Shown: positions 17,861 through 27,317, numbered from the stretch's first letter. The stretch: DNA of 64,000 nucleotides from Candidatus Woykebacteria bacterium (GCA_040876265.1 JBBDPN010000001.1:53691-117690), one strand, 5' to 3'. Made by a program: numbers and translations. Notes: generated from the sequence alone by a model not told the origin.

Positions 17861-17985
17861 CCTCCTTACTAGTGGAAAGTTTAACCGTTGGTGGTACTGT
17901 AAGCAAGAGTAGTTTTTAGGTGCTTATAAGGGTGCGGGCAAGGAATTTATTGCTACTGAAGATTTTTTATGTCAAAATCGTTTCG

Positions 17986-18657
17986 ATGAAAAGTAAAAAA
18001 GGTAAACTGATTGTTTTTGAGGGGATAGATGGTTCTGGGAAAACTACGCAGCTAGATCTTTTAACAGAGTATTTACGTTCGAAAGATATTCCGTTTGAAA
18101 CTATAGACTTTCCTCGTTATTGGGATAGCTTTCATGGAAAAACGGTCGCCCGCTACCTAAAAGGCGATTTTGGCGATGTGGATGCTGTCTCTCCTTACCT
18201 AATCTCACTGGCTTATTCCTTGGATCGTGCAACTGCAAAGCGGGAGATGAACGCTTGGTTGCGAGAAGGAAAAATCGTCCTTGCCAACCGCTACGCTACC
18301 AGTAACATGGCTCATCAGGCCGCAAAGCTTCCCGAGAAAAAACGTAAAGAATTCCTCGACTGGCTACAAGAACTTGAATATAGAGTAAACAAAATACCCA
18401 AAGAGGATTTGGTAATTTACCTACATGTTCCTGTTGGTATCGCTAGGCAACTTCTGATTGGAAGGGGTAAACGCGATATTCATGAGAAAAAATTTGAATT
18501 TTTGACGCAGTCGGAAGTGATGTACAAAAAACTATCCCGCCGGTTTAAACATTGGGTAAAAATCGATTGTCTGGATAAAAAATCCGGAATTCTCCTCGCC
18601 AAAGAAGCAGTACACAAAAAAGTTTTACGGTCTCTCAAGAAGCAGAACCTTATTTAA
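17986..18657 (+). CDS. tmk: Thymidylate kinase
   Basis: 'KGKLIVFEGIDGSGKTTQLDLL'. Start at internal ATG 'MKSKKGKL'; the longer ORF in the track has a non-coding-looking extension. Confidence 0.9.
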   Translation: MKSKKGKLIVFEGIDGSGKTTQLDLLTEYLRSKDIPFETIDFPRYWDSFHGKTVARYLKGDFGDVDAVSPYLISLAYSLDRATAKREMNAWLREGKIVLANRYATSNMAHQAAKLPEKKRKEFLDWLQELEYRVNKIPKEDLVIYLHVPVGIARQLLIGRGKRDIHEKKFEFLTQSEVMYKKLSRRFKHWVKIDCLDKKSGILLAKEAVHKKVLRSLKKQNLI

Positions 18658-18761
18658 TCCGTCTCGTCAGGGTATTTTTCCTACTTCTCAATAGCTTTTT
18701 TATATGTAATAGTATAAGTGATGGGCAGATCAAAGAGGGCAATCCGCCATTAAAACGTATT

Positions 18762-18787
18762 GAAATCACGCAACGCGCGTGATTTTT
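18762..18787 (+). terminator. Intrinsic terminator (ATCACGC-aacgc-GCGTGAT then T5) about 105 nt after tmk
   Basis: Seen in the sequence. It overlaps the annotated 5' end of ORF 18760, which argues for the later start at 18835. Confidence 0.55.
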
Positions 18788-18834
18788 GCGTTTTGGGGCC
18801 CTCGTCTTCAAAGCAGGAGGGGAACAAGATCGTC

Positions 18835-19227
18835 ATGGTGCAGTCTGTTGACGTTGCCGTCGGGGCCGTGCAGAGTATCCTAGAGGGCTTTGAACCACCA
18901 CCAGAGTCACCTCTGAAAGGCTTCAACACCGTAGGAGCCAATGGTAATGGGGTTGCTCACACACCGCCGTGGGAGGTCCCAATGCGATCCGACAGCACGG
19001 GACCGACCATCTGTGTTTCTCCAGCATGGGTCGCAGAGCTTAGGAGGTCTCTAAACGTTCGATGCTCAGAGCCGGTCGCAGCCCAGAATACAGGTTCGAG
19101 CTCAAGAATGTTCCTCGAAGTCGAACTCTCCGGCCTCCGAGACTGGGATGTCCGAGTGATGGTTCCAGCGAAACCGATGAAGAAGCGTGAGAGAGCGACG
19201 AGAAAGAGGAAAAAGGATAGGGGGTGA
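18835..19227 (+). CDS. Hypothetical protein with a basic C-terminus (GC-rich island)
   Basis: SD 'AGGAGGGG' then ATG 'MVQSVDVAV'. C-terminus 'KKRERATRKRKKDRG'. No recognised domain. Confidence 0.3.
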   Translation: MVQSVDVAVGAVQSILEGFEPPPESPLKGFNTVGANGNGVAHTPPWEVPMRSDSTGPTICVSPAWVAELRRSLNVRCSEPVAAQNTGSSSRMFLEVELSGLRDWDVRVMVPAKPMKKRERATRKRKKDRG

Positions 19228-19378
19228 TATCTGCCTGGACGCAACCAGGTCGCCGTGTTTCAAGCCGAGTTTAGGTAAAACCGAGCTCAGCAGGGGTCGT
19301 TCTCTTGACATAGAGGATGGCCCTTCTCTCTTTTCTGCTTGCTTTTTTATAGCTAGTTTTGTTACACTACGCCCCGTT

Positions 19379-20137
19379 ATGTTGAAAATCCCAACACTTA
19401 CACAGTTACTTGAAGCCGGTGTCCATTTTGGTCACCGCTCATCTCGTTGGAACCCAAAAATGAAACCGTTCATATTCACTCAGCAAGCAGGTATCCACGT
19501 GATCGATTTGGAAAAAACAGAAAATGCCCTCAAAAAAGCAGCAGAATTTGTTAAGGAATTAGCTGAAAGAGGCGGTAACATCGTTTTTCTGGCAACCAAG
19601 AAACAAACAGCCGAAATCGTAAAGGAACAAGCTCAAAGAGTTGGCTCAATGTATATGACTAAACGCTGGTTGGGTGGTCTGCTTACCAATTTTGACGCGG
19701 TAAAAAAAACTATTGATAAACTGCCAAAGCTAGAAGAGAAGCTGGCTGATAAAGAAAGTGGCCTGACTAAAAAAGAGCAGCTGCTCATCCAAAGGGAGGC
19801 CGACAAGATGACCCGTTCGATCGGCGGAATTCGTAATTTGGCAAAACTTCCCGACGCCCTCTTTGTCATAGATTCCCGTAAGGAAGATAATGCGGTACGC
19901 GAGGCAAACAAAATGGACGTGCCGGTAATTGCTTTGGTGGATACAAATGCCGATCCCACAAAGATCGATTACCCAATCCCGGCTAATGATGACGCTATAA
20001 AAAGCGTTTCTCTACTCGTTTCGACAATCGCCGATGCATTTGAAGACGGGAAAAAATCTTGGCAAAAGAAAGAGGTCATTGCAGAGAAGAAAAGGGTCAA
20101 AGAGGAGGAAAAGGAAGCAGTCGCCCAAGCAGTCTAA
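19379..20137 (+). CDS. rpsB: 30S ribosomal protein S2 with a Lys/Glu-rich C-terminal extension
   Basis: 'MLKIPTLTQLLEAGVHFGHRSSRWNPKMKPFIF'. The upstream part of ORF 19187 is GC-rich non-coding. Confidence 0.9.
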   Translation: MLKIPTLTQLLEAGVHFGHRSSRWNPKMKPFIFTQQAGIHVIDLEKTENALKKAAEFVKELAERGGNIVFLATKKQTAEIVKEQAQRVGSMYMTKRWLGGLLTNFDAVKKTIDKLPKLEEKLADKESGLTKKEQLLIQREADKMTRSIGGIRNLAKLPDALFVIDSRKEDNAVREANKMDVPVIALVDTNADPTKIDYPIPANDDAIKSVSLLVSTIADAFEDGKKSWQKKEVIAEKKRVKEEEKEAVAQAV

Positions 20138-20140
20138 CTT

Positions 20141-20602
20141 ATGAGTGAAATTTCCACTAAAGAGATAAAAAAATTGCGAGAACAAACTGGTGCTGGTGTG
20201 ATGGATGTGCGCGCCGCTTTGAAGAAGGCTGGCGGCGATATAGCGAAGGCTAAAGAAATTTTACGGGAAAAGGGACTTGAAAAAGCAGCCGAAAAAGCTC
20301 ATCGAGAGACAGGGCAGGGTCTAATCGAAACTTATATCCACGCTGGCGGTAAAATAGGGGCGATGATTTATGTGGCTTGCGAGACAGATTTTGTAGCTAA
20401 AACAGATGAGTTCAAAAGTTTGGCAAAAGAGGTTGCAATGCAAGTTGCTTCAATGGATCCAGCTTCCGTGGACGAACTACTCAAACAAGAATATATCCGC
20501 GATCCTTCAAGGAGAGTCAAAGATCTTGTTGCTGAAATCATCTCCAAGACCGGGGAGAATGTACAGGTAAAAAAGATTGCCAGATTTTCCCTAAGCGATT
20601 AA
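20141..20602 (+). CDS. tsf: Elongation factor Ts (short form)
   Basis: 'IKKLREQTGAGVMDVRAALKKAGGDIAKAKEILREKG'. Length 153 aa. Confidence 0.9.
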   Translation: MSEISTKEIKKLREQTGAGVMDVRAALKKAGGDIAKAKEILREKGLEKAAEKAHRETGQGLIETYIHAGGKIGAMIYVACETDFVAKTDEFKSLAKEVAMQVASMDPASVDELLKQEYIRDPSRRVKDLVAEIISKTGENVQVKKIARFSLSD

Positions 20603-20632
20603 AATAGAAGCTTGGTCTTCTAATAAATTTTT

Positions 20633-21193
20633 ATGGACCCCGAACGGCTTTCCGAGGAAGTAAAAACTAAAATGCAAAAAGCCCTGGATCATTTTCGCGA
20701 GGAGCTTTCTGGAGTACGGACAGGTAGAGCCCACCCTTCCTTATTGGAAACTCTCAAAGTGGAGGCCTACGGACAGAAGAGGGACCTGCGTGATCTGGCG
20801 AGTATAAATACTCCAGAGCCTCGGCTCCTCGTTCTACAAGTTTGGGACAGGGTCAATACCGAGCCAATTGAAAAGGCGATTCGCGACTCTGACTTAGCTG
20901 TGAACCCATTGACCGAAAACAATATCATTCGCGTTCCTATCCCACCGCTTTCTGAGGAACGCAGACGGGAAATGACAAAACTTGTTCATGACAGGGCAGA
21001 AAGCGCTCGAGTAGCTATACGCCAAATAAGAAGAGAAGCGGTGGATGATGCGGGGGCAGCCGAAAAAAGGAAGGCCCTCTCGGAAGATACAGCCTTTAAG
21101 ATAAAAGAAAAAGTCCAAAAAGTCACAGAAGAGTTTACTAAGCAAGTAGATGAGACAGCAAAAAGTAAAGAAAATGAAATCCTCCAGATTTAG
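20633..21193 (+). CDS. frr: Ribosome recycling factor
   Basis: 'LETLKVEAYGQKRDLRDLASINTPEPRLLVLQVWD...IPIPPLSEERRREMTKLV'. Confidence 0.95.
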   Translation: MDPERLSEEVKTKMQKALDHFREELSGVRTGRAHPSLLETLKVEAYGQKRDLRDLASINTPEPRLLVLQVWDRVNTEPIEKAIRDSDLAVNPLTENNIIRVPIPPLSEERRREMTKLVHDRAESARVAIRQIRREAVDDAGAAEKRKALSEDTAFKIKEKVQKVTEEFTKQVDETAKSKENEILQI

Positions 21194-21256
21194 TTTTAAG
21201 CCGTAAGCTCTAAGTTTTAAGAAAAGCTAAATCTTACAACTTAAATCTTATAACTT

Positions 21257-22399
21257 ATGACTATCGTACTTGCGATTATCTTCGGAATATTGCTTCTTGG
21301 GTTCCTTATTTTTGTTCATGAAGCAGGCCATTTTTTCTCGGCCAAGTTTTTCAATGTCAAAGTAGAGGAATTTGGCTTTGGTTTTCCACCCAGAATTTGG
21401 GGTAAAAAGAAAGGAGAAACAATTTACTCAATAAACGCAATTCCAGCTGGTGGGTTTGTCCGTTTGTTTGGTGAAGATGGCGATAAGACAAATCAGCCAA
21501 GGAGTTTCTCAGCCAAAGGACCTTGGGTAAGAGCTGCAATAATAGTTGCAGGGGTAGTGATGAACTTACTAATCGCTTTTCTCCTTTTCACAGCGCTGCT
21601 GGCTTCAAATGGTTTCCGCACTGATATCCCACTTTCCATTCCCACTAGCGGCCAAACACTGAACATAGATTTCCCGTTTGGCCAGCAGGAAAACAAAGCT
21701 ATGGTCTCATTTATTTTTGCTGATAGTCCAGCCGAAAAATCTCGGCTACAAAGTCTTGATGAGGTAATAGCCGTGAACGGAGAGGACGTCTCTTCAATAG
21801 CCCAACTGCAACAGATCGTCAAAACTAGCGAGGGGGAGGAATTGGATTTTCAAGTTTACAACTTGTTGGACCGTAGCACCAGAAACGTGGAGGTAATACC
21901 AGAGAAAAATTCAGAGGGAGACGTGGTTATTGGGGTAAGCCTGGATGCAGTAAAGCAAATTCGCTACTCGAGGCCTCTCGATAAAATTTTTGTCGGGCCT
22001 TTTCACTCCACCAATATGCTAATTTACCAAGGAACAGCTGTTTGGTCGCTATTCTCAAAAGCCTTTGAGGAAGGATCGGCGCAGCCGGTGACTACGACGG
22101 TTTCGGGTCCAGTTGGTATTGCTGCCTTGCTTGGGACTTTTGTCGGGGTGACTGGTATTCGCGGTGTTTGGGTGCTGGTAGAAACTATAGCCTTGATCAG
22201 TCTGATTTTGGCGGTGATTAATGTTTTGCCGATACCAGCTCTGGATGGTGGACGGCTTTTCTTCAGTGTGATTGAGGGCTTGACTGGGAAAAAAGTTAAC
22301 CCAAACATTGAGCGGCTCATCCACACCACTGGTTTTGCGGTTTTGATCGTGCTCTTTTTGCTGATAACCTACAACGACATCTCAAAATTTTTTAGCTAA
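21257..22399 (+). CDS. rseP: RIP metalloprotease RseP (site-2 protease) with PDZ domain
   Basis: 'HEAGHFFSAKFF' HExxH motif. 'AIPAGGFVRLFGEDG'. C-terminal 'NVLPIPALDGG' LDG motif. Confidence 0.85.
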   Translation: MTIVLAIIFGILLLGFLIFVHEAGHFFSAKFFNVKVEEFGFGFPPRIWGKKKGETIYSINAIPAGGFVRLFGEDGDKTNQPRSFSAKGPWVRAAIIVAGVVMNLLIAFLLFTALLASNGFRTDIPLSIPTSGQTLNIDFPFGQQENKAMVSFIFADSPAEKSRLQSLDEVIAVNGEDVSSIAQLQQIVKTSEGEELDFQVYNLLDRSTRNVEVIPEKNSEGDVVIGVSLDAVKQIRYSRPLDKIFVGPFHSTNMLIYQGTAVWSLFSKAFEEGSAQPVTTTVSGPVGIAALLGTFVGVTGIRGVWVLVETIALISLILAVINVLPIPALDGGRLFFSVIEGLTGKKVNPNIERLIHTTGFAVLIVLFLLITYNDISKFFS

Positions 22400-22448
22400 C
22401 ACCTTTTGCTTGACTAGCCTGCTGGTTGCCGCTAAACTCTGTTAAGTT

Positions 22449-23684
22449 ATGCGCTACTCCAAACTCTTTGGAAAGTCGTCTCGAAACGCTCCGAAAGAAG
22501 CCGAAAGCACCTCACACAAACTTTTGGCAAAAGGTGGCTTTATAGACCAACTTGCTGCTGGTATTTACACGTTCTTACCGCTTGGTTGGCGGACCCATCA
22601 AAAAATTGCAAATATTATCCGGGAAGAAATCGACGCCATTGGCGGTCAAGAATTTCAAATGTCGGTTCTGCAGCCAAAAGCGCTCTGGCAAGAAACTGGC
22701 CGGTGGAAGAGCATTGATCCACCACTATTTGTTGCCAAAGACCGCCACGAAAAGGAATATGCTCTTGGTCCAACCCACGAAGAAGTTATTACCGATTTGG
22801 CTCGCCGGTTTGTGAAGAGTTACAAAGATCTTCCGTTTGCCGCTTACCAGATCCAAGATAAATTCCGCAACGAACTACGGGCTACCGGAGGTTTGCTGCG
22901 CACACGAGAGTTTTTCATGAAGGATCTTTACTCGTTTCACGCGGAGAAATCCGATTTTCTAGAATACTTCAAAAAAGCAATCGAAGCTTATACGAAAATA
23001 TTTGACCGTGTTGGTCTCAAAACCCTGGTTTCCCAGGCCAGTAGCGGTAGCATTGGCGGGGATGTGACATATGAGTTTCAAGTGCCGGCCTCTGTTGGGG
23101 AAGACTTGGTTTACTTTTGCAAGTCCTGCGGTTACGCAGTAAACAAAGAATTGGTGGTGGAGAAGGATATAAAGGATAAATGTCCACAGTGTGGTGCGAA
23201 GCTAGATAGCACTAGCGCTATTGAAGCCGGTCAGGTTTTTTCACTAGGCACAAAGTACTCGAAGGATATGGGGGCTACCTTTACTGATAAAGACGGGAAA
23301 GAAAGGCCACTTATCATGGGGTGTTACGGTATCGGCATCGGTAGATTGATGGCGACGATAGTTGAGGTTTCTCATGACGAGGTTGGGATAATCTGGCCAG
23401 AAAATGTCGCGCCATATCAAATCCATTTGTTAGGTCTTGGAGAGCAGAAAGCAGTGAGTAGTAAGGCAGAAGAAATTTACGAAAAACTATCCAAAAAGGG
23501 CAAAGAGGTATTGTATGATGATCGAGATGAAAGTCCCGGGGTTAAACTCTCTGACGCTGATTTGATCGGAATACCACAGCGGTGGGTCATTTCCGAAAAA
23601 ACTCTAGAGAAAGATTCAGTTGAAATCAAAAAAAGAAACGAAAAGGTCGCCAAACTAGTTAAATTCTCCTCAATTACTAATTAA
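22449..23684 (+). CDS. proS: Proline--tRNA ligase (compact form with Zn-ribbon insert)
   Basis: 'GGFIDQLAAGIYTFLPLGWR...FRNELRATGGLLRTREFFMKDLYSFH' class II motifs. 'CKSCGYA...CPQCG'. Confidence 0.9.
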   Translation: MRYSKLFGKSSRNAPKEAESTSHKLLAKGGFIDQLAAGIYTFLPLGWRTHQKIANIIREEIDAIGGQEFQMSVLQPKALWQETGRWKSIDPPLFVAKDRHEKEYALGPTHEEVITDLARRFVKSYKDLPFAAYQIQDKFRNELRATGGLLRTREFFMKDLYSFHAEKSDFLEYFKKAIEAYTKIFDRVGLKTLVSQASSGSIGGDVTYEFQVPASVGEDLVYFCKSCGYAVNKELVVEKDIKDKCPQCGAKLDSTSAIEAGQVFSLGTKYSKDMGATFTDKDGKERPLIMGCYGIGIGRLMATIVEVSHDEVGIIWPENVAPYQIHLLGLGEQKAVSSKAEEIYEKLSKKGKEVLYDDRDESPGVKLSDADLIGIPQRWVISEKTLEKDSVEIKKRNEKVAKLVKFSSITN

Positions 23685-23722
23685 ATAAAACGTTGCCCCG
23701 TTCTTAGGTGAGAAATAACTAG

Positions 23723-23757
23723 ATTGACTAATTACTAATATACTAGTATATTAGTAA
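23723..23757 (+). promoter_or_regulatory. Sigma70-like promoter (TTGACT-17-TATATT) overlapped by a perfect 22-bp palindrome ACTAATATACT|AGTATATTAGT (candidate autoregulatory operator)
   Basis: Immediately upstream of 23763 with almost no leader. Confidence 0.5.
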
Positions 23758-23762
23758 TTGAT

Positions 23763-24179
23763 ATGCCAAGGGTGTCGAGGCAAGTGTTGGGAAAGACTAT
23801 CTGGGATAAAATCCAAGCTAATTTAATAGAAGTGTTGGCAACCTTTGATGAGGAGGCTTTTGTTGAATTTTTGCCTGAATTTCTTACTAAAGAAGAGATG
23901 GCCATGATTTCAAAAAGACTTGCTCTTTATCTAATGTTGATGGGGGGATATTCAGATACAGAAATTAAAGAATTCCTTATGGTAAGCTACGAGACTATAA
24001 GAACCTCAAGGAATTCATTGGGAGCAAAGAATCCAAGATTTAAAGAAATATTACGTCACTGGATCGAAAAGCCGGTAAGATCAAAAGAACCTAGCGGTTT
24101 TTTGAAAATGGTTGAGCTTGCTTTGGAAGCAAAGTCGAGTAGGAAGTCTAGGGCGAAACTCCTCTCCGGAGATTATTAA
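23763..24179 (+). CDS. Putative TrpR/YerC-like helix-turn-helix regulator
   Basis: 'MISKRLALYLMLMGGYSDTEIKEFLMVSYETIRTS'. Length 138 aa. Confidence 0.4.
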   Translation: MPRVSRQVLGKTIWDKIQANLIEVLATFDEEAFVEFLPEFLTKEEMAMISKRLALYLMLMGGYSDTEIKEFLMVSYETIRTSRNSLGAKNPRFKEILRHWIEKPVRSKEPSGFLKMVELALEAKSSRKSRAKLLSGDY

Positions 24180-24194
24180 TGTTAAAATTAATTT

Positions 24195-24380
24195 GTGAAA
24201 TTTAATCAGGTGACTTGGTATTCAAAACTAGCGGCTTTGATACTTTTTATTACACTGCCTTTTATTGGTTTCTGCGGTGGGGTTTGGTACCAAAAATCTG
24301 TATTCCCACCGCAAACTAAAATAATAGAGATCCAACAGCCGCCAGAGACCTCCACAGGTTCGGCACTTCCAAATGAGTGA
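24195..24380 (+). CDS. Small membrane protein (1 TM), hypothetical
   Basis: 'LAALILFITLPFIGFCGGVWY'. Confidence 0.3.
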   Translation: MKFNQVTWYSKLAALILFITLPFIGFCGGVWYQKSVFPPQTKIIEIQQPPETSTGSALPNE

Positions 24381-24383
24381 TTG

Positions 24384-24791
24384 CTAAAAGTTCGAATCGG
24401 CCAGAAACAGATCTTCTCGGAGTTTAAAACCCATTTTTTGAAAAAAGGAAAGCGAGTGACCGTTGTTTTTGTGGATGCGTGCAAAAACCTGCGTAATATC
24501 CGCCTTGCTAAATCGTGAAAGAAGTTCTTTGACCAGAGCCGCTCCCACACCTTTGTTTTGAAACTCTTTGGCCACCGCGGCTCTATAAACGTACCCAAAA
24601 AGCCCACCGTCATGAGAACCAAAGACAGTTCCGACTAGTTTTCCATTACTCTCCGCTACTAGATAAAATCCCTTGTTTCTGACGAGCATCTTGGCGAAAG
24701 CTTCTTTCGAAAAATCGGTCAAAAGTTTTTGGCCCCTGAGAAGCTGTGTGATTTGTTCGTAGTCGGCCAGTTGCGTTTCGCGGATTTTCAT
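24384..24791 (-). CDS. GNAT family N-acetyltransferase
   Basis: 'YRAAVAKEFQNKGVGAALVKELL' acetyl-CoA binding motif. Confidence 0.8.
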   Translation of the reverse strand: MKIRETQLADYEQITQLLRGQKLLTDFSKEAFAKMLVRNKGFYLVAESNGKLVGTVFGSHDGGLFGYVYRAAVAKEFQNKGVGAALVKELLSRFSKADITQVFARIHKNNGHSLSFFQKMGFKLREDLFLADSNF

Positions 24792-24892
24792 TGAGGATCA
24801 GTATATTAACTAATCTTATCAAAAAAATCAATTGCCCGTTTCTTTTTTGTGCTAAAATTAGTTCCCAGACCAAGTGAAGAAGGGAGCCACGA

Positions 24893-25081
24893 TTGCGTAA
24901 AGGAAGGCGCGGTTCAAGAAGCACTGGTAAGGACAGAAAGCCGGTAGTGAGGGGGAACAGACAAGCGCGGCGCGACCGAAAGACAACACGAAAAGCAGCT
25001 AGGGAGCAGCGTACTGCTCAAGCCCGGCCCTTAAAGGCAAAAGCCAGCAAGCTCTGGAAAAGAATTAATGGAGGATTATGA
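24893..25081 (+). CDS. Small highly basic protein (Arg/Lys-rich, 62 aa; TTG start), hypothetical
   Basis: SD 'AAGGGAG' then TTG. 'RKGRRGSRSTGKDRKPVVRGNRQARRDRKTTRKAAREQR'. GC-rich island. Confidence 0.3.
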   Translation: MRKGRRGSRSTGKDRKPVVRGNRQARRDRKTTRKAAREQRTAQARPLKAKASKLWKRINGGL

Positions 25082-25176
25082 TCTTTCCGCCTTCAGTGCA
25101 GGTCGTGAGGGGTCCATGTGCTAAGGTAGGTGGATGTCCAGGTATGATGGTAGAGCAGATCCATGGAGGAGGCAAG

Positions 25177-25407
25177 ATGTCTGTCATAACGCAGCAGAAG
25201 TGCGTCGCGATGATCTTCCTGGCGATCGTACTCTTCATCGCTGGTGTGCTGGGGATCATCGCATCTGCTGATCAGATGAACGGTACCGACGATCCGACTG
25301 AGAGGGGCATCTACGCCGCCGTCTTCGTCGGTTCACTAGCGATCGGAGTGCTAGGAGGGATGTGGGTCGCATACAACAACGCCCGTCGTTTGTTCGAGCG
25401 CTCCTAG
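25177..25407 (+). CDS. Small 2-TM membrane protein, hypothetical
   Basis: SD 'GGAGGAGG' then ATG 'MSVITQQKCVAMIFLAIVLFIAGVLGII...YAAVFVGSLAIGVLGGMWVAY'. Confidence 0.4.
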   Translation: MSVITQQKCVAMIFLAIVLFIAGVLGIIASADQMNGTDDPTERGIYAAVFVGSLAIGVLGGMWVAYNNARRLFERS

Positions 25408-25548
25408 ACTCGTAGCAGACAGTTTGGGCTAAACCACGTCCTAGTGGTCTACGTATAAATGTGACGATTCCTACTCTGCATCGCTGCCGGTGGATTGGCT
25501 GGCCCCCTCATCCACCGGCAGCCTTTTCTTTTTTGATAAAATCTTCTT

Positions 25549-26232
25549 ATGTTCCAACAAAAGATAAGTTTCAAAAATTCACTGGGGTTAACTTTGGCGG
25601 CTCTTCTTGAGGGAGAAAGAAGAGATGTACCAGTAGTTGTGATGTGTCACGGTTATGGCAGTTCAAAGAACAGCACTTCTACTACTGGTTTGTCCAGCGA
25701 ACTTGTAAAAAAGGGGATAACCACTTTCCGGTTTGATTTTACCGGTTGTGGGCAGTCGGAAGGGAAACTAGCCGATTTGGTCCCGTCCCAAGGCCTGGAT
25801 GATTTAAAGAGCGCAATTTCTCACATGGGTTTTGGCGATTTTGCTCTTTACGGTTCTAGCTTTGGCGGTCACGTTTCCATTTGGTACGCGTCCAAAGATC
25901 CTGTTCTCGCTCTCGCCCTCAAAGCTCCAGTCTCCGATTATGCAGACGTCGTCTCCGAAGAAATTAGCGACAGGCGAAAAAAGTTTATTGAAGATACTAG
26001 GGATTTGGATCTTTACGAAAAAGCAAAGAATATTAAAAGTCCGGTTCTTATTCTTCACGGTGACGCCGACGATGTAGTTCCAATAGGGCAGAGTAAAAAG
26101 CTGATAAAACATATTGGTGGGGAAGCAAAACTTGAGGTCCTACGGGGCACAAGTCACGATATCCGAGACGAAAATCTGGAACTTATGCAAGATGCGATGG
26201 CTGCGTTCTTCGCCAAAAATTTACTGCCCTAA
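25549..26232 (+). CDS. Alpha/beta hydrolase (dienelactone hydrolase / S9-like)
   Basis: 'VVVMCHGYGSS'. Nucleophile elbow 'YGSSFGGHVS'. 'LILHGDADDVVP...GTSHD'. Confidence 0.8.
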   Translation: MFQQKISFKNSLGLTLAALLEGERRDVPVVVMCHGYGSSKNSTSTTGLSSELVKKGITTFRFDFTGCGQSEGKLADLVPSQGLDDLKSAISHMGFGDFALYGSSFGGHVSIWYASKDPVLALALKAPVSDYADVVSEEISDRRKKFIEDTRDLDLYEKAKNIKSPVLILHGDADDVVPIGQSKKLIKHIGGEAKLEVLRGTSHDIRDENLELMQDAMAAFFAKNLLP

Positions 26233-26270
26233 CAACCCTAACAACCAGTGACAAGGCCTGGCCTTGTCAG

Positions 26271-26669
26271 TTACTTTTTGAGTTGACGTAAACGGGCATC
26301 GGAGATGCCAAAGTGATGGGCGATTTCGTGTTGGACAGTATCGATCACGATATTTTTTATTGTTTCTGGATTTCCTCTGGCCAACAATTCAATCGGACCC
26401 TTAAAAACTGTTATTTTATCCGGTAAAACCATAGTGTAGCCACCGCTACGCCTAGTTTTCGGCACGCCTTGATAAAGACCAAGTAACAATCTGCCTCTGG
26501 AATAGTATTGATTTGGCCACTCTTCGATCACGACCTCCACGTTTTCCAACTTCTCCTCGAAAAATTTAGGTAAATCTTCCAGAGCGCTACTCACAAGTTG
26601 TTCAAATTCAAGACTATCCATAAGTAAAAGAATCTTATCAATATAGGCGCTCTTTTCGCAAACTACCAC
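26271..26669 (-). CDS. Metallopeptidase family protein (Zincin-like, DUF1025-type)
   Basis: 'VIDTVQHEIAHHFGISD'. Confidence 0.7.
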   Translation of the reverse strand: MVVCEKSAYIDKILLLMDSLEFEQLVSSALEDLPKFFEEKLENVEVVIEEWPNQYYSRGRLLLGLYQGVPKTRRSGGYTMVLPDKITVFKGPIELLARGNPETIKNIVIDTVQHEIAHHFGISDARLRQLKK

Positions 26670-26725
26670 TTAAGCGGGCTTTCGCTTCTCTGGTATAATT
26701 CCGTCAACAAATAATAGGAGGGGAC

Positions 26726-26923
26726 ATGGATCTAGCGTGGGATTGTCCTGGTTGCGGTCGTGAGGGTAGGTTCTACATCAAGGTCGGTGCCAACACTAAG
26801 GAGGTTGGGGAAGCTGTCCTAGAGGATCACCGGCGAAAATCCCCAAAGTGTGAGGTTTTCGAAGCGCAATTCGATCCTTACGTTGATCACGCTAAGCAGC
26901 TGGCAACTCAGAACAAAAACTAA
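26726..26923 (+). CDS. Small zinc-ribbon-like protein (CPGC...C), hypothetical; GC-rich island
   Basis: SD 'AGGAGGGG' then ATG. 'WDCPGCGREGRFYIKV...KSPKCEVFEAQF'. Confidence 0.4.
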   Translation: MDLAWDCPGCGREGRFYIKVGANTKEVGEAVLEDHRRKSPKCEVFEAQFDPYVDHAKQLATQNKN

Positions 26924-26941
26924 GCCAGTAGTCAAAGATGA

Positions 26942-27214
26942 TTGAGAGGTGAAAAGTTGATTGGGCAAACTCCACTGACCGTCGAGATACCGTTTTACTG
27001 CCCAGAGTGTGGTATCGGGTCGGAGTTTTCTTACAGCGGGCTACTGGATGAGTTGGATCCGGAGAGCCTCAAGGCTGTGATCCTCGATCTCTTCTCCGAG
27101 CAAGGGTTCCGCTGCTTTGGGGACGTGGAGGTTGAGTTCCCAACCGAAATCCGGATGCGGGGCGATCCTGGCTACCATTACAACTATCAGCCAGGGTGCC
27201 AGCGGCAGAACTGA
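26942..27214 (+). CDS. Small Cys-containing protein (CPECG), hypothetical; GC-rich island; TTG start
   Basis: 'IPFYCPECGIGSEFSY...FRCFGDVEVEF...YQPGCQ'. Confidence 0.3.
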   Translation: MRGEKLIGQTPLTVEIPFYCPECGIGSEFSYSGLLDELDPESLKAVILDLFSEQGFRCFGDVEVEFPTEIRMRGDPGYHYNYQPGCQRQN

Positions 27215-27247
27215 TAGGCTCGAGAGGGATCAACACGCGTATACACG

Positions 27248-27274
27248 GCTCTCGTCAGATCCTCTGACGAGAGC
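27248..27274. repeat. Perfect 12-bp stem / 3-nt loop hairpin (GCTCTCGTCAGA tcc TCTGACGAGAGC) at the end of the GC-rich island
   Basis: Read directly; no U-tract. Confidence 0.5.
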
Positions 27275-27317
27275 TCCTTCTCACTTGCTTTTACTTGACT
27301 GCAAAAGTTAAAATCTT

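Noticed and set aside
19187-19378. 64-codon N-terminal extension of rpsB in the ORF track
   Set aside because: GC-rich and non-conserved. S2 begins at 'MLKIPTLTQLLEAGVHFGH' (ATG 19379). The extension is intergenic island sequence.
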